From the NCBI RefSeq assembly GCF_963921235.1, contig NC_086098.1, forward strand, positions 154,318,001 through 154,382,000: DNA of 64,000 nucleotides, read 5' to 3'. Origin of the DNA: Mobula hypostoma. Lineage: Eukaryota. Under the pieces are notes generated by a model. The model made no database searches, was not told where the DNA came from, and saw only the letters and a program-made list of their open reading frames with translations. The translations under genes were made by a program, and so were the position numbers. Of the stretch, positions 38,744 to 48,590 are shown piece by piece; the stretch's first letter is position 1, and each line of letters begins with the position of its first letter.

Positions 38744-39339
38744 TGTTCAAGTTCAATAGTGCGTGAAAGGGAATTAGGAAAGGTGCAGCTGTCTCATATC
38801 GTTTCCTCGCGGCCCGGTAGCACATGCCGCTGACTGGTATCAATCTGGTACCGGTATTCTTCTGAGTAGAGTTAAGACACTGCGAGGACATAACTACCCT
38901 GATGGAAGTTACATGCAGACCTCCGAACAGTAGCCAGAATGCAAGGTTCAAATTAGAACCGGAGGTAGCAAAGGCATGTAAAATGAGCAATGTTACGATA
39001 GTCATGGGGAATTTGAATATTCAGGTAGATTGCGAAAATTAATTTGGGGCCAGATCCCAAGGGAAGGAAATTTTAGAATGCGTACGAGATACCAGTAGCA
39101 AAACGCAATTCTGGATTGGCTACTGTGTAATAAAGCATATTTGTTTCGGGAGCTTTACCTATATGAACATTTAGGATGCAGTGATCGTTGGAAATAGACT
39201 TCACCATTCGGGAGAGGCAAAATTCGGATCAACGCAACAAAAATTACTAGGACATAGAGGAAGGAAGGTTTTTATAAACTACCAGAAGGCAACCAAAACA
39301 GCCGTAAGAAGACAAAAGATGAAAAGGTGACCGATTCAC

Positions 39340-41585
39340 GTCACAGATCTCTCAGTGGGTGCGCAACTGGGGGCAGTGACCACCGCTCCCTGGCCTTTAG
39401 CATTATCATGGAAAAGGATAGAATCACAGCGGACAGGAAATTTTTTAATTGGGGAAGGGCAAATTATGAGGCTATAAGGCTAGACCTTGGGGGTGTGAAT
39501 TGGGATGATGTTTTTGCAGGGAATTGTACTATGGACATGTGGTCGATGTTTAGAGATCTCTTGCAGGATCTTATGGATAAATTGTCCCAGTCAGGAAGAT
39601 AAAGAATGGTCGGGTGAAGGAACCATGGGTGACAAGTGAGGTGGAAAATCTAGTCAGGTGGAAGAAGGCAGCATATATGAGGTTTGGGAAGCAAGGATCA
39701 GATGTGCCTATTGAGGAATATAAGGTAGCAAGAAAGGAGCTTAAGAAGGGGCTGAGAAGAACAAGAAGAGGGCATGAGAAGGCCTTGGCGAGTAGGGTAA
39801 AGAAAACCCCAAGGCATTCTTCAATTACATGAAGAACAAAAGGATGACAGGAGTGAAGGTAGGACCGATTAGAGATAAAGGTGGGAAGATGGGCCTGGAG
39901 GCTGTAGAAGTGAGTGAGGTCCTCATTGAATACTTTTCTTCGGTATTCACCAATGAGAGGGAACTTGGTGACGGTGAGGACAATATGAGTAAGGTTGATG
40001 TTCTGGAGCATGTTGATATTAAGGGAGAGGAGGTGTTGGAGTTATTAAAATACATTAGGACGGTTAAGTCCCCGGGGCCTGATGGAATATTCCCAGGCTG
40101 CTCTATGAGGCAAGGGAAGAGATTGCTGAGCCTCTGGCTAGGATCTTTATATCCTCGTTTTCTACAGGAATGGTACCGGAAGATTGGAGGGAGGCAAAAG
40201 TTGTCCCTTTGCTCAAACAAAGGTAGTATGGGTAGTCCGGGTAATTATAGACAAGCGAGCCTTACGCCTGTGGTGGGAAAGCTGTTGGAAAAGATTCTTA
40301 AGATAGGATCTCTGGGCATTTAGAGAATCATGGTCTGATCAGGGACAGTCAGTATGGCTTTGTGAAGGGTAGATCGTGCCTAACAAGCCTGATAGATTTC
40401 TTTGAGGAGGTGACCAGGCATATAGATGAGGGTAGTGCAGTGGATGTGCTCTATATGGATTTTAGTAAGTCATTTGACAAGGTTCTGCACGGTAGGCTTA
40501 TTCAGAAAGTCAGAAGGCATGGGATCCAGGGAAGTTTGGCCAGGTGGATTCAGAATTGGCTTGCCTGCAGAAGGCAGAGGGCCGTGGTGGAGGGAGTACA
40601 TTCGGATTGGAGGGTTGTGACTAGTGGTGTCCCACAAGGATCGGTTCTGGAAACTCTACCTTTACGACCTGGATGTGGGGGTAGAGGGGTGGGTTGGCAA
40701 GTTTGCAGACGACACAAAGGTTGGTAATGTTGTAGATAATGTAGAGGATTGTCGAAGATTGCAGAGAGACACTGATGGGTTGCAGAAGTGGGCTGAGAAG
40801 TGGCAGATGGAGTTCAACCCGGAGAAGTGTGAGGTGATACACTTTGGAAAGACAAACTCCAAGGTAGAGTACAAAGTAAATGACAGTCTACTTGGTAGTG
40901 TGGAGGAGCAGAGGGATCTGGGGGTATATGTCCACAGATCCCTGAAAGTTGCCTCACAAGTAGATAGGGTAGTTAAGAAAGGTTACGGGGTGTTAGCTTT
41001 TATAAGTCGAGGGATAGAGTTTAAGAGCCACGAGGTAATGATGCAGCTCCATAAAACTCTGGTTAGGCCACACTTGGAATACTTTGTCCAGTTCTGGTCG
41101 CCTCACTATAGGAAGGATGTGGAAGCATTGGAAAGGGTACAGAGGAGATTTACCAGGATGCTGCCTCGTTTAGAGAGTATGGATTATGATCAGAAATTAA
41201 GGGAGCTAGGGCTTTACTCCTTGGAGAGAAGGAGGATGAGAGGAGACATAATAGAGGTACACAAGATTTTAAGAGGAATAGGTAGAGTGGATAGCCAGCG
41301 CCTCTTCCCCAGGGCAGCACTGCTCAATACAAGGGGACATGGCTTTAAGGTAAGGGGTGGAAAGTTCAAGGGGAATATTAGAGGAAGGTTTTTTACTCAG
41401 AGAGTGGTTGGTGCACTGCCTGAGTGACTGGTGGAAGCAGCGACACTAGTGAAATTTAAGAGACTACTAGACAGGTATATGGAGGAATATAAGGTGGGGG
41501 GTCATATGGGAGGCATGGTTTGAGAGTCAGCACAACAATGTGGGCCGAAGGGCCTGTACTGTACTGTACTATTCTATGTTCTATG
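39340..41585 (+). mobile_element. 5'-truncated CR1 ORF2, same subfamily as 3710-7728
   Basis: Highly similar to 5455-7728 (SDHRSLAFSIIMEKDRITADRK and [11 protein letters not shown] shared); tail ctattctatgttctatgtt. Confidence 0.93.
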
Positions 41586-41699
41586 TTGTATATGAAGGAA
41601 ACGTAACCAATTTTACAAAAAACAGCAACAATGTGAAGCTCGAGATTTGGGAAGTCATTAAAAACAAGAGAAAAGAACCAAATAAACAGGAATAGAAAC

Positions 41700-43660
41700 G
41701 ATGAAATATCAAGATAGCCTGGCCAATAAAACAAAAGTGGATAGCAAAAGTTTATTTAAAGATATATAAGGAATAAAAAAGAAGCAAGAGTCGAGATTGG
41801 ATCGCTGGAAAATTGCACGACAGGAATAGTAACGAGGAGCAAAGAAACGGCGGATGAACTGAATAAGTATTATATTTTAGTCTTCACTGCCGAATACACT
41901 ACCAGCATGCCAGAATTTCGACAGACAGCGAGCAGAAGTGCATGTAGTCGTTATTACGATTGGGAGGGTTCTTGGGAATCTGAATGGTTTGAAGGCACAC
42001 GAGTCACCTGGACCAGATGGACAACACCCCAGGATTATGAAATAAGTAGAGGAAGAGATTTTAGTGACATGACTAGTGATCAGTGAAGAATCTCTAGATT
42101 CTAGAATGTTTCTGGAGGGCTGGGAATTTTCAAGCGTCGCCCCACTCTATCATAAGGGAGTAAAGTAAAATACAAGGAATTATAGGCCAGTTGCAAAGAA
42201 TTCAGTGGTTTGCTAGATGTTAGTGTCTATTATTCAAAATGGGGTGTCTGGGTCTTTTGAAGTCCACGACAAAATAGGCCGGCCAACATTGTTCCCTTCA
42301 GGGAAAATCTCGCCTGACAAATCTTTTAGAATTATTTGAGGAAGCAACGGCAGGAGAGGCAATGGATGGTGTCCTGCCGAAGGGTTTTGGGCCGAAACGT
42401 CGAAAATACTCATTTCCATAGATGCTGCCTGGCCTGCTGAGTTCCTACAGAATTTTGTGTGTGTTACTGTGGATGTTGTTCACCTGGAGTTTCAGAAGCT
42501 CTTTGACAATTTTCGCACATGAGGCTGCTAAACAAGATAAGAGCTCAGGGTATCACAGAAAAGACAAAAGCATGCACTGAAGCTTGGATGACTGGCAGAA
42601 GGCAAATAGGGATAATGCTTTGGCTTTTCTGCTTGGCTGCCTGAGACTAGTGATAATCGGCAGGGGTCCATGTATGCTCCAGCAATTTTCACATTATACA
42701 TAACTGATCTGGAGAACCGAATTGGTAGCTTTCTTGCCAAATTTGCGGGTGATACGAAGATAGCTGGAGTAGCAGGCAGTGTTGAGTAAGTAGAGAGTTT
42801 GTGGAACCACAAAGACAGATGAGGATGAGGAAAGTGTGTAAAGAAAGGGCAGATGGAACATAGCCTATGAAAGTCTAAGGTTATGTAGTTTGTTAAAGGA
42901 AATAAAGGCGTAGACTATATTCTAAACGGGGAAATTCAGAATTCAGAGACGCAAAGGGATTCGGGAGTCCTAGTGCAGGATTCCCGAAAGGTAACTTGCC
43001 GGTTGAGTCAGTAGTAAGAAGGCAATGCAATGATAGCATTTATTTCGAGAGGACTGTAATATAGCAACAAGAGCGTAAGGACAGCGCTCTATAAGCTATT
43101 GATCAGTCCACCTGTGAGTTATGGTGACCAGTATTTAAGAAAGGACGTGCTGACATTGGAGAGGGTCCAGAGGAGGTTTAAGAGAACGATCCCAGAAATG
43201 AAAGGGTTAACGTATGAGGAGCGTTTGATAGTTTGGGCCTCTGCTTGTTGTAGTTGAAATGAATGAGTGATGGTAAGGACTATCTCATTGGAAGCTGCCG
43301 AATATTGAAAGATCTGGATGGAGTGTAGACGTAAAGAGAACGTTTTCAATAGTGGGAGAACCTTGGACCAGAGGCCACAGTCTCGGAATACAAGGACGTC
43401 CCTTTAGAACAGACGGGAGGAGGAATATCTTTCTCCAGAACGTGGTAAATCTGTGTGGAGACTGCTGCGGAGTCCAAGTCATTTGATAAATTTAAAGCGG
43501 AAGTTGATAAGCTCTTGATCAGTCGAAGGTCACAGGGCCACAAAGGTTACGGGGCGCAGGCAAAGACTGGGGTTTAGTGGGATAATAACTCAGCCATGAT
43601 GGAATAGCGAAGCCGGTCCGAATGACTTTTGCATCAATGTCACATGATTATATGATCTTA
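41700..43660 (+). mobile_element. Old, highly degenerate CR1 ORF2 to 3' end
   Basis: Recognisable pieces: gagtcacctggaccagatgg (KSPGPDG), gatacgaagatagctgga (DDTKI), gaaaggacgtgctgacattggagagggtccagagg; tail atgatcttatg. Confidence 0.75.
42373..42469 (+). repeat. Half-copy of the Penelope-terminus repeat (degenerate hammerhead) with near-TSD
   Basis: CTGCCGA-AGGGTTTTGGGCC-GAAA-CG-TC; flanked by tggatggtgt (42363-42372) and tggatgttgt (42470-42479). Confidence 0.7.
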
Positions 43661-43773
43661 TGAACGAAGGAGCAGGAGTCACGAAGTGCCGACTGCTACT
43701 GTTGTCACCTTCTAACATCAAAGCCACTAAAAATGAATTCATCCGTACCTATACTTTTTTTTTTCATTTTCAG

Positions 43774-44092
43774 TTGCTCGACCCCCGGCGGTAACCGTGT
43801 CCCGGCCTTTACAGGAAGAAATCGCGAAAAAGAATACCGCCTGGTGCGTTTGGTGACCAGGTTTCATCCGGAAACTGTGGACATCGAATGGACGGTGAAC
43901 GGCAGTAAGAGAAGGAATGGCGTTGAGACTAGCCAGGTACAGCAGGAGCCGGACAACACGTTCAGTGCGAGGAGTAACCTGACTCTGTCAGCCTTAGACT
44001 GGGACCATAGCAGGGAATGCTGCCGTGTGGTGAAACACGAGACTCAGTCAACCCCGCTTCAGGCAACGATCACGACATCTGGCTATACTTAA
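43774..44092 (+). pseudogene. IGLC: Immunoglobulin light-chain constant-region exon (chondrichthyan lambda/type II-like), pseudogenised
   Basis: Polypyrimidine tract plus CAG acceptor at 43771-43773. 5' frame reads (V)ARPPAVTVSRPLQEEIAKKNTA. After an apparent 4-nt deletion at 43840/43841 it reads LVRLVTRFHPETVDIEWTVNGSKRRNGVETSQVQQEPDNTFSARSNLTLSALDWDHSRECCRVVKHETQSTPLQATITTSGYT*. This matches the C1-set pattern of shark lambda C (KNTATLVCLVSGF...IEWTVDG...NGVETS...QEADNTFS...CVVKHETQ). Confidence 0.9.
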
Positions 44093-44129
44093 TTAAGGAT
44101 CCTTTTCACTGCTCTGTAATTCTTATCAC

Positions 44130-44370
44130 CATGTCTTATTTCCACGGGCTGCTCCGGGGATTTGGATCTAAGCACTCAGTTTGGTTGCTCGCTTTATTGT
44201 TGGCATGATTTGTGTTTTTTTTCTCTCTTTCTCTCCGCATTCGGTGTTGGTCTTTATTTTTTTTAATTGTTTTCCTTCGAGTTTCTTGCTTTATGGCTGC
44301 CTGTAAACAGACAAAACTCAAGGATGTATAATTTATACCTTTGATAAGAGATGTACCTCGAATCTATTAA
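44130..44370 (+). repeat. Unclassified interspersed repeat in place of the Ig C 3' UTR
   Basis: ggctgctccggggatttggatc...ttgataagagatgtacctcgaatc; similar to the 3' part of 12460-13100. Confidence 0.3.
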
Positions 44371-45299
44371 TCTTTATATTCTAATTTATATCTCTTTTTT
44401 TCAGAAGAATCTGTCGAATCAGAAGTGTGTGTTTTCACGAGAAGATTGCGAATTCCGGTAAGAATTAAAGGTTCGACGTAACTTGATAAATGACCCGGAG
44501 TAATAAATTTCCCTTTTGGATTATCCCAACAATTGTTCCCCTTTTCTGGTAGATGGCTCTGTAATAATCGGGATTTTTCAAATTTTATGAACTCAGTAGT
44601 GAGATTATTCAGGCATTCTGGAGAAAGGGGATTACTAGATGAAAAATTTCCACCTCTCCTTAGAAAAACGGACACATTTAAAAATGAAATAACCTGTGCG
44701 TTTATTTGTGTGTGGCTATGTGTGCGTGTATTGTTCCCTCTATTTGCGCGCGCGAATGTCTGCGTCTCTCCTGTGTATGTGTTTAGAAGGATAGAGTGGA
44801 CATTGAATGGGACTGGATAAAACTGTTAATGAAAGCTCATTAAATTATACCGAACTGCGAAATTACTGACATCTGGGAATGCTTCTTCTTTCGGTTCCTG
44901 ATTTATGGTTCATTCACCCCAGTTGCTGCCATTCTGAGGAGCGGGGAACTCACAGAAGCCACCTCTCTAGAGTTAACCTAGAGTGATTGATTGATGATCT
45001 GCGGTAAACAGCCACAATTCAGAGAGCATGCAAAAACATTTGTTCAATTTTAGCAAACGGATTCTAGGTACTATTTTTAATTGGTCTTCAACGTACCATC
45101 CTCATAATAAATCCGATTCAACAAAAGAAACTATACTTTCAAGCTATACGTGGATAAGTACATAAATATACTCAACAGTATTTTGCGTTGCAATAAAATT
45201 ACACATAATCTTGATATTTTTGTCATTGACAATTACCTTATAAAAGTTTTCAGTCTCAGTCCATAGTGACATCGTAGTTTAATACTGTATTAGTGCACT

Positions 45300-45903
45300 T
45301 GGTTCCTGAAGTTGTCATGGCCGGGAGTGGTAATGGGGATAAGCTCCCACTACCTATAATGTGCTCCAAATGGCGTGCGTCTCTAACAGCCTCTGACAAC
45401 CAAGTCCGACTCTTGGCCCTGAACTGTGGCTTAACTACCTGGCCTGGCGGAGCTGTTTCTACTGACAAGAGAAGAGGCAAAGGTGGGCCACTGGCGCCTC
45501 AAAACCATTCGCTTCAGGCAGGTGGGGCTCGTCAGCCTTGGACGGCAGCCCGCACAGGAGAAGGAAAACTCTGATTTTAAACCTCCACTGCCTTGCGGCC
45601 ATACCCACCCATGGGAGAGGCTTAGGGAGTAAACCCCGAGGAAGAAATTCGGAACCGGGGTCCCTAAGGCAGTTTGATGTTGTTTACAACTTCACTTTGG
45701 CAACCTCTGCGACGACACTGGTGCCAAGCTGTATCGGCGCTTGCCCTTCCCTTGGATACGTCAGTGACGCGGAGAGGGTGATCCCGCTGCATGAGCCACA
45801 GCCGGTATTTCAAATCTTCCCGCCCAGGCTTGCGCCCTGGAGAGGACACAGTCCAGCAGAGGCGCAAACCCAAGACCCCCTGGGATCGACGGCTGCCTAC
45901 TAC
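45300..45903 (+). mobile_element. 604-bp non-coding retro-insertion with 9-bp TSD TAGTGCACT and (TAC)n-like tail; RTE-like assignment is tentative
   Basis: TSD at 45291-45299 and 45904-45912; 3' end gcctactact(agt); no RT ORF. Confidence 0.7.
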
Positions 45904-45914
45904 TAGTGCACTAC

Positions 45915-47150
45915 ATCTTCCTCTCATTTTGTTCCTCCTTAAGAAAGAGCCTATGGAAGTAATAGAAATCTTTAAACAGAACACCAAGAAATGCAAGCAA
46001 AGAAATAACTTACTAAAAGCCATTCAGTTGAAATGTTAGGCTCTATTTTCCCCTGACAGCTACAGATGCTATGTGACTTGCTGAGTATTTCCTGGATTCG
46101 CGGATTTTGTTCCAGATTTAGAACAGGGACACGGAGGAATTTTTTTAGCCAGAGTGTAAAGAGCCCGTGGAATTCATTCGCTCAGTTGGCTGTGGAGGAC
46201 TCGGCTTTAGGCATGTTTAAATCGGAAATAGTTTATCATTGGTAAGGGTCTCAAAGGTTAAAGGGAAGACGCAGGAGAATGAGGTTGAGAGGGATAATAA
46301 ATCAGCTAATATGAAATGGTCGATCAGACACGATGGGCCGAATGGCTTAATTCCGATCCTATGTCTTATAGTCTTGTTGTCTTATCTTGCGACATGAAAT
46401 TCTCACAATTGTCTCCAATTCGGATGAAGTTGCTGCTTTACTTAAAAAGAAGACGAGCACAAAGTAATTCCAATTCATGGGATTTAAAGAATGCGACTCT
46501 TTGGAAATACTACCAAACGAACATTTGTTTTTGATACGAAGGCATAGCCGGGGTGCTGCTTTATGGAGATAGGATGTGCAGGCTACAAGTTTATAAATTG
46601 TAGCGTACGACAATGGGGAGTGTGGTTTATAGAGGTAAGTTACATCAGGTGTGGCTTTGATAATGTGAATCCGAATTGTCATTTCCTTCCAGTGGGGAAG
46701 AAAGAACAAGACGCTATAGAGCTGAGAGAATTAATAGGAGCCAGAGGGGAAGCTTTTCACGCAGATGGTGGTTAGTATATGGACGATCACCCAGAGGAGT
46801 GTTTGGGGCAGATACATTAACAACATTTGGAAGAAACTTGGGCGGTACATGGATAGGAAAGGCTCAGAGGTATTTGAGACAAATACAGACAATTAGGACG
46901 ATCTTAGATAGGAATCTTGTCGGTACAGACCAGATGGGCTGAAGGGCTATATTTCGTGCTATATGAATCTATGACTCATGGCTTTTCTGAAGCTGAATTT
47001 TTTGAACATCATCAGGTCGATTGTTCAGTGCAGTATATTGAGCGAGAGGAGTCTGCTCTCACAAATCCTTTTGCTGTTTAATAATTACTGCATTGTTACT
47101 TATTATGTAATATGTTGTTTTGCCACATATTTGCTTTTTCATGATTCAGA
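45915..47150 (+). repeat. Local duplication, copy 1 (mosaic of old SINE/CR1 pieces); copy 2 at 56962-58160
   Basis: Co-linear shared blocks and junctions, e.g. aagccattcagttgaaatgtt..gctctat.ttcccctgacagcta and gagcgagaggagtct. Confidence 0.85.
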
Positions 47151-47169
47151 ATATCGATCATTTCTTCTT

Positions 47170-47390
47170 GCAAGCTCTCTTCCTGTTGTTCTTCCGTGTA
47201 AAGAAGTTGGTTAGTTACCCAGTCCGGAATTTCCAAATCGTTCAGATCCTTGAATCGATTCCAAAAATATTTCTTCAGTAACTTCAGGTGTACCCAGATC
47301 TCCTGCAAATTACTGTCTGTGTAAGAGATTGCCATACTTTCCATGCAGGAAAACAGTGAGAACATTCCTCTCCCAATGTTTTGCTAATAA
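47170..47390 (-). mobile_element. hAT transposase C-terminal fragment
   Basis: Minus ORF LKKYFWNRFKDLNDLEIPDWVTNQ; end resembles 27230-27270. Confidence 0.65.
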
Positions 47391-47399
47391 TACACTCCT

Positions 47400-47770
47400 A
47401 TTCCTTATAGAAACATAGGAACATAGAAACCTACAGCACAATACAGGCCCTTTGGCCCACAGAGTTATGCCAAACATGTCCCTACCTTAGAAATTACTAG
47501 ACTTACCTATAACCCTCTATTTTACTAAGCTCCATGTAGCTATCTAAAAGTCATAGGACACTCTAAGGTGCTACGCTAGTTGACTTTGTAGTTAAGAATG
47601 CATACGGTGCATTGCCCTTCATCAAACTTGGGATTGAGTTTAAGAGCCGAGAGGTAATATTGCAGCTATATAGGACCTTGGTCAGACCCCACTTGGTGTA
47701 CTGTGCTCAATTTTGGTCGCCTCACTACTGGAAGGGCATGGAAACCATAGAAAGGGTGCAGAGAAAGCCT
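47400..47770. mobile_element. Two short CR1 fragments (3' end on minus strand, RT C-terminus on plus strand)
   Basis: agaaacataggaacatagaaacctacagc (antisense tail), then gagtttaagagccgagaggtaatattgcagc...gtgctcaattttggtcgcc. Confidence 0.65.
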
Positions 47771-48339
47771 GGCTGAGCAGTCATCCCAACCTGCTTGGGA
47801 AATTGTAAGAGAACTGAGAAAGCAGGGGACGGGAGGAGGGCGAGAGAATATAAGGAAGAGACTGTGAATTTTCCGAAGACAGCCTTCACCCCCTCTAGAA
47901 GAGCCATAAGGTTTGGCTAACTTTAAAAGTGTTGATACGATAAATGGAAGCAAAAAAAAAGCACGGTGCTGTACCTATTTCAAGAAATGCTTATTATAAT
48001 GGGGATTTTATATTACACATTTTTTATTCATTCATTCACTCCTTTTTCCCCACCTGAATGAGAATATATATATGGTAGGAATACGCAGGGAAATCTTTTC
48101 TGTGTAATGGACGTAGACTTGTTCACCTACATTTATGGGTTCTATAATGGAGTTCCCCAACTCACAGGGAGGAGGGGCTATTCCCCACGGATAGACGTTC
48201 CCTCTAGCTCAACCCAGGGTCATCTACTAGAGACCTTGGCCTTGGAATCACACCTTCGTTGCCTTTTTTTATTATTCGCGTTTCTTGTTTCTAATTTGTT
48301 CAGGGAGTAGATCGATTAAGTCTTATTCTGCTAATTTCA

Positions 48340-48590
48340 ATGATATATTGACAGATAAATGGAATCTGTGGAAGTTGTTGCCATGGGCAGCAGTGGAGGC
48401 CAAGTCATTGGGTGTATTTAAGGCAGAGATTGATAGGTATCTGAGTAGCCAGGGCATCAAAGGTTATGGTGAGAAGGCGGGGGAGTGGGACAAAATAGGA
48501 AAATGGATCAGCTCATGCTAAAATGGCGGAGCAGACTCGATGGGCCGAATGGCCTACTCCTGCTCCTTTGTCTTATGGTCTTATGGTCTA
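48340..48590 (+). mobile_element. Short CR1 3' fragment inserted in the L1 spacer
   Basis: Nearly identical to 12190-12410; tail gtcttatggtcttatgg. Confidence 0.85.

Larger units (their letters stand above)
37976..38865. mobile_element. Outer hAT-type MITE inserted in the CR1 APE
   Basis: Starts cagaggtcccgaacc (Charlie-like TIR) and has gcggaccgg/cggcccggt subterminal motifs; right end degenerate. Confidence 0.55.
37030..39340 (+). mobile_element. CR1 5' part (ORF1 esterase, APE) interrupted by nested MITEs
   Basis: GDSIVR (gggactccatagttagg), GTNDIG, DGLRCVYFNARSIVNK. APE resumes at ~38866 (gagtagagttaag...agacctccgaacag). Confidence 0.8.

Noticed and set aside
46540-46640. Exon-like segment ending AG/gtaagt in duplication copy 1
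   Set aside because: Translates as degenerate CR1 RT (YGDRMCRL, similar to SYGERLxRL); the donor is not conserved in copy 2.
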